A stretch of 64,000 bases of DNA from Eledone cirrhosa (Eukaryota), in the NCBI GenBank assembly GCA_964016885.1, contig OZ024764.1:2046001-2110000 (forward strand), in the 5' to 3' direction. Below are positions 12,101 through 23,743 of this stretch, piece after piece (the first letter of the stretch is position 1; the number at the start of each line of letters is the position of its first letter). A model generated the notes under the pieces. That model was not told where the DNA came from, searched no databases, and was given only the letters and a program-made list of their open reading frames with translations. The translations under genes were made by a program, and so were the position numbers.

Positions 12101-15100
12101 GACTGGGTACTTTTTGTTGTGACACCTACATGACCACTTTACAGTGTGGACTGGGTACTTTTTGTTGTGACACCTACATGACCACTTTACAGTGTCGACT
12201 GGGTGTTGATTGTTGTGACACCTACATGACCACTTTACAGTGTGGTCTGGGTATTTTTGTTGTGACACCTACATGACCACTTTACAGTGTGGACTGGGTG
12301 GTTTTTGTTGTGACACCTGCATGACCACTTTACAGTGTGGACTGGGTACTTTTTGTTGTGACACCTATATGACCACTTTACAGTGTGGACTGGGTGCTTT
12401 TTGTTGTGACACCTACATGACCACTTTACAGTGTGGACTGGGTACTTTTGTTGTGACACCTACATGACCACTTTACAGTGTGGACTGGGTGTTGTTTGTT
12501 GTGACACCTACATGACCACTTTACAGTGTGGACTGGGTGTTGTTTGTTGTGACACCTACATGACCACTTTACAGTGTGGACTGGGTGTTGTTTGTTGTGA
12601 CACCTACATGACCACTTTACAGTGTGGACTGGGTGTTGTTTGTTGTGACACCTACATGACCACTTTACAATGTGGGCTGGGTACTTTTGTTGTGACACCT
12701 ACATGACCACTTTACAGTGTGGACTGGGTGTTGTTTGTTGTGACACCTACATGACCACTTTACAGTGTGGACTGGGTGTTGTTTGTTGTGACACCTACAT
12801 GACCACTTTACAGTGTGGACTGGGTGTTGTTTGTTGTGACACCTACATGACCACTTTACAGTGTGGACTGGGTGTTGTTTGTTGTGACACCTACATGACC
12901 ACTTTACAGTGTGGACTGGGTGTTGTTTGTTGTGACACCTACATGACCACTTTACAGTGTGGACTGGGTGTTGTTTGTTGTGACACCTACATGACCACTT
13001 TACAGTGTGGACTGGGTGTTGTTTGTTGTGACACCTACATGACCACTTTACAGTGTGGACTGGGTGTTGTTTGTTGTGACACCTACATGACCACTTTACA
13101 GTGTGGGCTGGGTACTTTTGTTGTGACACCTACATGACCACTTTACAGTGTGGACTGGGTGTTGTTTGTTGTGACACCTACATGACCACTTTACAGTGTG
13201 GACTGGGTGTTGTTTGTTGTGACACCTACATGACCACTTTACAGTGTGGACTGGGTGTTGTTTGTTGTGACACCTACATGACCACTTTACAGTGTGGACT
13301 GGGTACTTTTTGTTGTGACACCTACATGACCACTTTACAGTGTGGACTGGGTGTTGTTTGTTGTGACACCTACATGACCACTTTACAGTGTGGACTGGGT
13401 GTTGTTTGTTGTGACACCTACATGACCACTTTACAGTGTGGGCTGGGTACTTTTGTTGTGACACCTACATGACCACTTTACAGTGTGGACTGGGTGTTGT
13501 TTGTTGTGACACCTACATGACCACTTTACAGTGTGGACTGGGTGTTGTTTGTTGTGACACCTACATGACCACTTTACAGTGTGGACTGGGTGTTGTTTGT
13601 TGAGACACCTACATGACCACTTTACAGTGTGGACTGGGTGTTGTTTGTTGTGACACCTACATGACCACTTTACAGTGTGGACTGGGTGTTGTTTGTTGTG
13701 ACACCTACATGACCACTTTACAGTGTGGACTGGGTACTTTTTGTTGTGACACCTACATGACCACTTTACAGTGTGGTCTGGGTATTTTTGTTGTGACACC
13801 TACATGACCACTTTACAGTGTGGACTGGGTGGTTTTTGTTGTGACACCTACATGACCACTTTACAGTGTGGACTGGGTACTTTTTGTTGTGACACCTACA
13901 TGACCACTTTACAGTGTGGACTGGGTGGTTTTTGTTGTGACACCTACATGACCACTTTACAGTGTCGACTGGGTGTTGTTTGTTGTGACACCTACATGAC
14001 CACTTTACACTGTGGACTGGGTGTTTATTGTTGTGACACCTACATGACCACTTTACAGAGTGGACTGGGTGTTGTTTATGACACCTACATGACCACTTTA
14101 CAGTGTGGACTGCGTGTTTTTTGTCGTGACACCTACATGACCACTTTACAGTGTGGACTGGGTACTTTTTGTTGTGAAACCTACATGACCACTTTGCACT
14201 GTGGACAGGGTACTTTTTGTTGTGACACCTATATGACCACTTTACAGTGTGGACTGGGTACTTTTTCTTGTGACACCTACATGACCACTTTACAGTGTCG
14301 ACTGGGTGCTTTTTGTGACACCTACATGACCACTTTACAGTGTGGACTGAGTGCTTTTTGTCGTGACACCTACATGACCACTTTACAGTGTGGACTACGT
14401 ACTTTTTGTTGTGACACCTACATGACCACTTTACAGTGTGGACTAGGTACTTTTTGTTGTGACACCTACATGACCACTTTACAGTGTGGACTGGGTACTT
14501 TTTGTTGTGACACCTATATGACCACTTTACAGTGTGGACTGGGTACTTTTTCTTGTGACACCTACATGACCACTTTACAGTGTCGACTGGGTGCTTTTTG
14601 TCGTGACACCTACATGACCACTTTACAGTGTGGACTGGGTACTTTTTGTTGTGACACCTACATGACCACTTTACAGTGTGGACTGGGTGTTGTTTATGAC
14701 ACCTACATGACCACTTTACAGTGTGGACTGGGTGTTTTTTGTCGTGACACCTACATGACCACTTTACAGTGTGGACTGGGTACTTTTTGTTGTGACACCT
14801 ATATGACCACTTTACAGTGTGGACTGGGTACTTTTTGTTGTGACACCTACATGACCACTTTACAGTGTGGACTGGGTGTTTTTTGTCGTGACACCTACAT
14901 GACCACTTTACAGTGTGGACTGGGTACTTTTTGTTGTGACACCTATATGACCACTTTACAGTGTGGACTGGGTGTTTTTTGTCGTGACACCTACATGACC
15001 ACTTTACAGTGTGGACTGGGTACTTTTTGTTGTGACACCTACATGACCACTTTACAGTGTGGACTGGGTGTTGTTTATGACACCTACATGACCACTTTAC

Positions 15101-17581
15101 AGTGTGGACTGGGTGTTTTTTGTCGTGACACATACATGACCACTTTACAGTGTGGACTGGGTGTTTTTTGTCGTGACACATACATGACCACTTTACAGTG
15201 TGGACTGGGTACTTTTTGTTGTGAAACCTACATGACCACTTTACAGTGTGGACAGGGTACTTTTTGTTGTGACACCTACATGACCACTTTACAGTGTGGA
15301 CTAGGTACTTTTTGTTGTGACACCTACATGACCACTTTACAGTGTGGACTGGGTGTTGTTTGTTGTGACACCTACATGACCACTTTACAGTGTGGACTGG
15401 GTACTTTTTGTTGTGACACCTACATGACCACTTTATAGTGTGGACTGGGTACTTTTTGTTGTGACACCTACATGACCACTTTACAGTGTGGACTGGGTGT
15501 AGTTTGTTGTGACACCTACATGACCACTTTACAGTGTGGACTGGGTACTTTTGTTGTGACACCTACATGACCACTTTACAGTGTGGACTGGGTGTTGTTT
15601 GTTGTGACACCTACATGACCACTTTACAGTGTGGACTGGGTGTTGTTTGTTGTGACACCTACATGACCACTTTACAGTGTGGGCTGGGTACTTTTGTTGT
15701 GACACCTACATGACCACTTTACAGTGTGGACTGGGTGTTGTTTGTTGTGACACCTACATGACCACTTTACAGTGTGGACTGGGTGTTGTTTGTTGTGACA
15801 CCTATATGACCACTTTACAGTGTGGACTGGGTGTTGTTTGTTGTGACACCTACATGACCACTTTACAGTGTGGGCTGGGTACTTTTGTTGTGACACCTAC
15901 ATGACCACTTTACAGTGTGGACTGGGTGTTGTTTGTTGTGACACCTACATGACCACTTTACAGTGTGGACTGGGTGTTGTTTGTTGTGACACCTACATGA
16001 CCACTTTACAGTGTGGGCTGGGTACTTTTGTTGTGACACCTACATGACCACTTTACAGTGTGGACTGGGTGTTGTTTGTTGTGACACCTACATGACCACT
16101 TTACAGTGTGGACTGGGTGTTGTTTGTTGTGACACCTACATGACCACTTTACAGTGTGGACTGGGTGTTGTTTGTTGTGACACCTACATGACCACTTTAC
16201 AGTGTGGACTGGGTACTTTTTGTTGTGACACCTACATGACCACTTTACAGTGTGGACTGGGTGTTGTTTGTTGTGACACCTACATGACCACTTTACAGTG
16301 TGGACTGGGTGTTGTTTGTTGTGACACCTACATGACCACTTTACAGTGTGGGCTGGGTACTTTTGTTGTGACACCTACATGACCACTTTACAGTGTGGAC
16401 TGGGTGTTGTTTGTTGTGACACCTACATGACCACTTTACAGTGTGGACTGGGTGTTGTTTGTTGTGACACCTACATGACCACTTTACAGTGTGGACTGGG
16501 TGTTGTTTGTTGAGACACCTACATGACCACTTTACAGTGTGGACTGGGTGTTGTTTGTTGTGACACCTACATGACCACTTTACAGTGTGGACTGGGTGTT
16601 GTTTGTTGTGACACCTACATGACCACTTTACAGTGTGGACTGGGTACTTTTTGTTGTGACACCTACATGACCACTTTACAGTGTGGACTGGGTGTTGTTT
16701 GTTGTGACACCTACATGACCACTTTACAGTGTGGACTGGGTGTTGTTTGTTGTGACACCTACATGACCACTTTACAGTGTGGGCTGGGTACTTTTGTTGT
16801 GACACCTACATGACCACTTTACAGTGTGGACTGGGTGTTGTTTGTTGTGACACCTACATGACCACTTTACAGTGTGGACTGGGTGTTGTTTGTTGTGACA
16901 CCTACATGACCACTTTACAGTGTGGACTGGGTGTTGTTTGTTGAGACACCTACATGACCACTTTACAGTGTGGACTGGGTGTTGTTTGTTGTGACACCTA
17001 CATGACCACTTTACAGTGTGGACTGGGTGTTGTTTGTTGTGACACCTACATGACCACTTTACAGTGTGGACTGGGTGTTGTTTGTTGTGACACCTACATG
17101 ACCACTTTACAGTGTGGGCTGGGTACTTTTGTTGTGACACCTACATGACCACTTTACAGTGTGGACTGGGTGTTGTTTGTTGTGACACCTACATGACCAC
17201 TTTACAGTGTGGACTGGGTGTTGTTTGTTGTGACACCTACATGACCACTTTACAGTGTGGGCTGGGTACTTTTGTTGTGACACCTACATGACCACTTTAC
17301 AGTGTGGACTGGGTGTTGTTTGTTGTGACACCTACATGACCACTTTACAGTGTGGACTGGGTGTTGTTTGTTGTGACACCTACATGACCACTTTACAGTG
17401 TGGACTGGGTACTTTTTGTTGTGACACCTACATGACCACTTTACAGTGTGGACTGGGTGTTGTTTGTTGTGACACCTACATGACCACTTTACAGTGTGGA
17501 CTGCATACTTTTTGTTGTGACACCTACATGACCACTTTACAGTGTGGACTGGGTGTTGTTTGTTGTGACAGCTACATGACT
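9105..17581 (+). repeat. 48-bp minisatellite, ~177 units, homologous to the antisense strand of the SINE A internal unit
   Basis: Unit GACACCTACATGACCACTTTACAGTGTGGACTGGGT(GTTGT/ACTTT)TTGTTGT with 45- and 47-bp variants. Aligns with the reverse complement of CACACTGTAAAGTGGTCGTGGAGGTGCCACGGCAAAAAAGCACCCAGCC. Confidence 0.97.
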
Positions 17582-18749
17582 TTCTATACATACATCTTGG
17601 CAATATTCCAACAATCTCTTGAACACCTGCCACAGTGTGAATATTTGGTCAGCTGTTCATCAACTAGCTGGGACCCTCCATCTTCCAGCATCTCTTTACC
17701 ATAGATCTTACCTGGGAGGTTTACCAAGAAGTTCCCTCTGTAATTGTAACAATCTCCCTGAGCTTGCCTGGTCCCGCTTGGGGATCCAGCCAGACCAAGT
17801 AGAGACGGTAGCTTCTGACAGGACCCGCTGGAGGGAGTGTTTGAGGACGCTGCCCCCACGACCCTCTCAGGATTAAGTGAGCGAAGAAAAACATTGCTGT
17901 CTCTGATCGAGACGAAACGAGAGTATTTGAATACATATAAAGATGAGAAAACTTTCCTGTCAGCCACCATCCTCTCCTTATTCTAGCTGTTCTGCTATCA
18001 GAGCACCCTCCTCTCCTGCTAAATAGGTCTCCTAGATGGCAGAAGCTATGAAACACTTCTGTGATTAAAAAGGTCTGTAAACTTGAGACTCTTCCCCTCA
18101 ATCACCCCCGTACATATTCTACATACAAAGTCTTTCCTTCCTCTTATCTCACTATATCTCTTGTGTACCCAAGATGTACATTGTATAAAGTTTAAGCCTA
18201 CTCCTTTTTCTACATACTGAACAGGGCCACTTCCGTGAGAGAATTAGGGTCCTATCTTCTACTCCCTGACACTTTAGTTTCAGCCAAGTTTACTCTCAGA
18301 CCTTTTGATTCCAAATTCTGTGTCCATAGTAAGAACTTATTTTCAAGTTATTTTCTGGCTATAAGGAGCAGGCCACCTGTGTTAAGAAGTTCCCATGGAC
18401 AACCAGTCTTAAACTCTTCTGTTATGCCCAGGAGAGCTATGGTGGATATTAATGGGCTAAGAACCGAACCCTGATGGACTCCTACCTCAATCTTGAATTC
18501 CTTGCTAAATTCACTTTACTGGCAGCCCCTCTGTACATGGTTTGTGCTACTCTCACCACCCAGACAGATGGGGGCCCAGTCAGGAGAGTAAGGAAGGTGA
18601 TCAACCAGTTCACAGCTAGTCACGCACATCAATCATTGAAACAAGGACATGTGGGCTGGATCACTGACCTGATGGGCATTTGGTCTTGACCGCCTTTCAT
18701 TACTGTCTCAGTTAGTTTTGACGCATAGAGTTACGTCCCTTTATGATCT

Positions 18750-18866
18750 GAGTTCAAATCCCGCCGAGGTTAACTTTGCCTTTCATCCTTACGGGGTCGA
18801 TAAAATAAAGTACCAGTAATGCACTGGGTAATTGCTGGCCTTATGCCAAAAGTAGAAACAATTATT
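18750..18866 (+). mobile_element. SINE family B fragment
   Basis: GAGTTCAAATCCCGCCGAGGTTAACTTTGCCTTTCATCCTTACGGGGTCGATAAAATAAAGTACCAG...GTAGAAACAATTATT, including a Pol III B box. Confidence 0.88.
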
Positions 18867-18879
18867 GTCTCAGTTAGTT

Positions 18880-19740
18880 GACTAGTATTCTCCATTGATG
18901 GTGGGGCCCTGTTGAAGATATTCAATAAATACAATACCTTTTGCATCCTAAAAGAAACCGAGGCCATCATCTTCTCTGCAAATGAAACAACCTTGGCCTT
19001 GTTTGGAGCAGGTGAGGTGGGGTGTTTCCACTGCATGGGTTGTCTCTTTGTCTCTGGCTCAAGGTGATGAACCCAACATTCATTCTCGGCTAGGAAACGT
19101 TCAAGGAAACCAGCTGGATCTACTTCAAGCAATGTCAGATTTTACCGTGATGTGATCAGCCTGGTGCATCTTTGATCAGGTGTCACAAGACATGGCACCC
19201 ACTCAGCAAAAACCTTCGTCAATCGAAGTTCATTGTGCAGAATATTCTCAACTCTCTCACAGGACATGCTAATATCATTAGCTATTTGATTTATAGTCAA
19301 TCACCTGTCATCCATCACCATTTGGTGAACACAATCAATGTTTTCCTTGGTGTTGGCAGTCACAGGACGTCCAGACCTCGGGTCATCTTCAAGACTCCCC
19401 CTTCCACTCCTAAATTAGAGCTGCCCACCTTTCCACTGTTGATAAAACTGGATCATCACCCCCTAATGTAGCAACCATGTCAACATGAATGTCCTTGGGG
19501 GAGGGGGCTAAACCCTTTTTCTGCAGGTACCAGGTAACACCATGATGCCAAATTCTATCCATTTTCAGGAAAAGTCGCTACTTGTTACACTTGAGGTCTT
19601 CTTTGACCAGCCAGATGTTGGTTTACCTGGAAAGAAACAATACAGTTATTAATGAGAAGAGTTGAAATTAATGCAAGATTTCACAGCTCTCGCATCCCTC
19701 CTTCATAATCAGCCTATGAAATTTTCAGCCCACCCTTGTA
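18880..19740 (-). mobile_element. Decayed mariner transposon, 5' part (irritans/Himar-like)
   Basis: TA|CAAGGGTGGGCTGAAAATTTC terminus at ~19740. Translation gives MDRIWHHGV.., WVPCLV (WVPHEL-like) and ECWVHHLEPETKRQPMQWKHPTSPAPNKAKVVS..KMMASV. The 3' end is missing. Confidence 0.88.
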
Positions 19741-20064
19741 TAGAGGCTAATTCTTAGCTAGGAACTTGTCGCTATTACCTCAATAAGAGGGCATCTGTGG
19801 TACTTTACCCAGGAGAGAAACCAAACTGTATCTCATCCACTTTGACTATTTCCTTAATTAGCTGAGCTAAAACTCTTTCACTTTCATAACTTGGTCCCTT
19901 AGTCTACATCCCTTGTATACCCAAGATATACATTGTGTACACTGTATGGAGTTTATAGCTACTCCCCTTCTACATGTTGAGCAGGGCCACTTCTCTGATG
20001 GAACCAGGGTCCTATCTTCTTTCCATCACTTTCATAACTTGGTCCATTAGTTTTATTCCTCCGT

Positions 20065-20234
20065 GAAGGCACGTGGTTTAGAGGTTAGAGCATTGGCCTT
20101 GCAATCGAAAGGTTGTGAGTTCAATTCTCAGACCGGGTGATGTGTTGTTTCCTTGAGCAAGACACTTTATTTCACATTGCTCCAGTTTACTCAGCTGTAG
20201 AAATGAGATGATAGGGACTGGGGTCCCTATCATT
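20065..20234 (+). mobile_element. SINE family A, 5' half
   Basis: tRNA-like head (A-box-like TGGTTTAGAGG, B box GAGTTCAATTC) and CCTTGAGCAAGACACTTTA core. Confidence 0.88.
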
Positions 20235-21003
20235 AAATTACCCAAGTCACCTCCAACGAGATATACCTTGGAGGAGGCCAGCTAAACCTGCAAAGGTGGG
20301 AGCTGTGACACACACAGTTGCTCCTTTTTAGAGCACCTTTCGCCTTGTAGCAATTTATGACTGTACTGCTGCATCAGTCATTGGTTATGGTCCCATTATG
20401 TATGACCTGATTCATTATGGGGGTTTGACCCCCCACTTCTCTCAATACTTTTAGCATCTCAGCAACTACTTCTGCCAGTCCTGCAGCTTTCCCATTCTCT
20501 ATCTCCTTCATTGCTTCTTGGACCCTACAACTGTCAACTTCAATAGCTGCTCCCTCTATTGGCTAAAGTAGGGCTAGTTTCTCTTCCCCCCGTTCTCAAC
20601 ATTCATCAGTCTCTCATAGTAACATTACCAGGCCCTCTTGTGAGCATCAGTGGTACTAAGTGCACCAGAGTTATTTCTAACACATTTTCCCCCAACAACA
20701 TCCTGATTCCCTCTGACACACTAACTTGTCAAGTGGAACACTTCACGTCTCAAGACATTGGCAAACTTTCTTTTTTCAGCCTCTCTCCAAACTGTGTATA
20801 CCTGTCACCTAGATTATTTCTTAACCACTTGATGCTACCCCCATTTTCCCAGTCTTTTCATACATGTCTCTTGGCTTTAATGGCTCTATCCTCTATGCTG
20901 TTCCACCACCAGGTCACCCTCTGTCTGGCTGGTGCTTTACTCCAGCCGAAGTCTCATCAGTAGTTCACGAAAGGTTGTCATATAAGAATCTCCAGGTGTC
21001 CTT

Positions 21004-21565
21004 TATATATACTGTATATATATCTAAAAATTCCCGAGATCCATGGATGAGTTCTCTCCAGCGGTCTCTGTCCCTCATTATCGCTGCCATGTCCTGTGTC
21101 TGTCCTTAGGGCATCAACATATGTCAACCTCGGTCTCCCTCTTCTAGTGTGTCCATGCAGGGCCTCCCACAGGAGCACTGAGTGCAGTGTCAACTCTGGA
21201 TGTCGGTGAGCATGTCCACCTAACATCTGTCTCCTCTGTGTCACTCTCGAGCTGACTTTTGGGAGGCTCCCGTACAGCTCTGAGACAGAGGAATTGATGC
21301 AAGCAGTGGAGACTGTGTTGATGAGTGTGGGGCTGAGAATGAATGAGATTAAGACGAAGTATCTGGTAGAGAACATTAAGAAGCTAGAGAAGATTGCTAA
21401 TGGAGGCGGGGAGCCGCTAGAATTGGTTGAGGACTTCCTGTATCTGGGAGTAAAGATTGGGAATACGGAAGATGATGTAGTCGAGAGGAAGAGCAAAGCC
21501 TGGGCGGCGTGCCACAGCTTGAGATCGGTGTGGAAGTCAGACCTTCGTAAAGACCTGAAGATATA
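21004..21565. mobile_element. RTE-like LINE 3' fragment with an inverted upstream segment
   Basis: Minus 21290->21004: LYGSLPKVS..RRQMLGGHAHRH..LLWE..HG..RRGRPRLTYVD, then tail. Plus 21294-21565: VGLRMNEIKTK..VEDFLYLG..AWAACHSLRSVWKS. Confidence 0.85.
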
Positions 21566-21685
21566 TACATCTAACTCGTTATGCTTCCTGTAGGGCCTTC
21601 CTAAACTGAAAGGTCCTTTAGCTTCCAATCCCTCCATTTCTGTTTTCCTGTGTATCTTGTCTTTAATCTGATGTCACTAATAACT

Positions 21686-21860
21686 GTGAAGGTGTATGGT
21701 TTAGTGGTTAGAGCATTGGGCTTGCAGTTGGAAGGTTTTGAGTTAGGTTCTTGGACTGGGTGATGTGTTGTTTCCTTGAGCAAGACACTTTATTTCACAT
21801 TGCTCCAGTTTACTCGGCTTTAGAAATTAGTTGTGATATCACTGGTACCAAGCTGTTGGA
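21686..21860 (+). mobile_element. SINE family A-related 5' half
   Basis: TGGTTTAGTGGTTAGAGCATTGG head and CCTTGAGCAAGACACTTTATTTCACATTGCTCCAG core. Confidence 0.8.
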
Positions 21861-21977
21861 CAACATATATAGTGTATATATAGTGTGTATATAATATATA
21901 TATATATATAGTGTGTATATAATATATATAGTGTATATATAGTGTGTATATAATATATATAGTGTATATATAGTGTG

Positions 21978-22033
<56 letters not shown>

Positions 22034-22074
22034 TATATATAGCGTGTATATAATATATTATATATATATAATGT

Positions 22075-22415
22075 GGAGGCACATGGGCTTAGTGGTTAGA
22101 GCATTGGCCTTGCAATCGAAAGGTTGTGAGTTCAATTCTCAGACCAGGTGATGTGTTGTTTCCTTGAGCAAGACACTTTATGTCACATTGCTCCAGTTTA
22201 CTCAGCTGTAGAAATGAGATGATAGGGACTGGGGTCCCTATCATTCCACTGCAAAGTGGTCATGGAGGTGCCATTGCAAAAAAGCACCCAGCACTCACTG
22301 TGAATGAGGTTGGTGTTAGGAAGGGCATCCAGCTGTAGAAATCAAGCCAGCATCATGTTCCCGTCCCACCCTTGCAAGCAGGGAAAAGCGGATGTAAAAT
22401 GATGATGATGATGAT
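22075..22415 (+). mobile_element. SINE family A, full length (single internal 49-bp unit)
   Basis: A box, B box, CCTTGAGCAAGACACTT core, one internal unit, AGGAAGGGCATCCAGCTGTAGAAA and (GAT)n tail. Confidence 0.92.
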
Positions 22416-22663
22416 AGTGTATATATATATATACTGTACATAGTATATATATACTGCATATATATATATAGTGTATATATACTATAGTGTATATACTGTA
22501 GATAGTATATATATATAGTGTAGTGTATATATACTGTATATATATATATGTTATGTCACTGGTACCAAACTGTATCAACCATTGCCTTTCTCTTGGACAT
22601 CATATATAGCGTAGTGTATATATGTATATATATGTTATGTATATATATATGTCCATCATAATT

Positions 22664-23110
22664 TTATGTAAGAACCTTTGTTAAGTTGTGTTCCAAACAC
22701 CAACAGTGTCTTCCATCAGACATATGGTAATGAAAGGGTTAAAGTGGTTATGTAAGAACCTTTGTTAAGTTATGTTCCAAACACCAACAGTGTCTTCCAT
22801 TAGAAATATGGTAATGAAAGGGTTAAAGTGGTTATGTAAGAACCTTTGTTAAGTTATGTTCCAAACACCAACAGTGTCTTCCATTAGAAATATGGTAATG
22901 AAAGGGTTAAAGTGGTTATGTAAGAACCTTTGTTAAGTTATGTTCCAAACACCAACAGTGTCTTCCATTAGAAATATGGTAATGAAAGGGTTAAAGTGGT
23001 TATGTAAGAACCTTTGTTAAGTTATGTTCCAAACACCAACAATGTCTTCCATTAGAAATATGGTAATGAAAGGGTTAAAGTGGTTATGTAAGAACCTTTG
23101 TTAAGTTATA
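22664..23110 (+). repeat. 84-bp tandem repeat (~5.3 copies)
   Basis: TTATGTAAGAACCTTTGTTAAGTTATGTTCCAAACACCAACAGTGTCTTCCATTAGAAATATGGTAATGAAAGGGTTAAAGTGG at 22664, 22748, 22832 and onward. Related dispersed sequence at 6858-6980. Confidence 0.93.
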
Positions 23111-23543
23111 TGACTAAATCACTCCAAGTTCATGATAAATGTCCACCATTAAAGACAGAAAATGTGGTCCCATTAGAAATATGATAATGAAAGGGTTAAT
23201 AAGTGGAGATGTGGTCTTAAGTAATAATTACTACATCTTAATCACCATGGCAACAGGGATAGTGTGAAGGAAGTTGTTATATAAATTAATTGGGTTGCGT
23301 TGTTTGTTTTTTACTTTAAAATTCTTTGTTCTTTCTTTTGGTGGTTGTGGTTGTTGTTGTTGTTGGTGGTGGTGGTGTGGTGGTGGTGTGGTGGTGGTGG
23401 TGGTAGTGATGGTGGTGGTGTTGTGAGAAAACGTTTTCTGTTAATTGGGACAAGGTCAGTAGTGGTGGTGTTGAAGTGGAGGGGAGGAGGTGAAGAAATT
23501 GTGTGAATGTATGTATTAAACAAATACTAACAAATACACACAC

Positions 23544-23636
<93 letters not shown>

Positions 23637-23743
23637 AACAAAAGATGGTTAAAAGAGTTCCATGTATTTTATTATGCGCATTTCTTTATCTGCATTGCTT
23701 TATTGTACTACAATAAAACTCACCTCCTATATATATATATATA

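Larger units (their letters stand above)
17590..20960 (-). mobile_element. Fragmented RTE-clade LINE remnants (RT plus Cys-rich finger), interrupted by a mariner and SINEs
   Basis: Minus-strand motifs: TWWWN..AIKAK..WKDWENGGS (~20850-20920), GKAAG..EMLK (~20450-20500), EVGVHQGSVLSP..PWELL (18375-18490), KWPCS.CR.GV..N.IQC (18170-18235 and 19910-19995), DCYNYRG..LPGKIYGK (17690-17760). Confidence 0.8.

Noticed and set aside
9105-17581. CRISPR-like array (constant ~36 bp plus variable stretch)
   Set aside because: The variable part is ~10 bp drawn from a few related variants rather than unique spacers. There are no cas genes, the context is eukaryotic, and the unit is SINE-derived.
9128-17704. 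Cys-rich repeat proteins (CCDTYMTTLQCGLG / HTVKWSCRC)
   Set aside because: A 48-bp unit is open on both strands by chance. Frequent 47-bp units shift the frame, and there is no signal peptide or splice structure.
22664-23200. Telomeric repeat (GGGTTA)
   Set aside because: Single hexamers within an 84-bp unit, not a (TTAGGG)n array.
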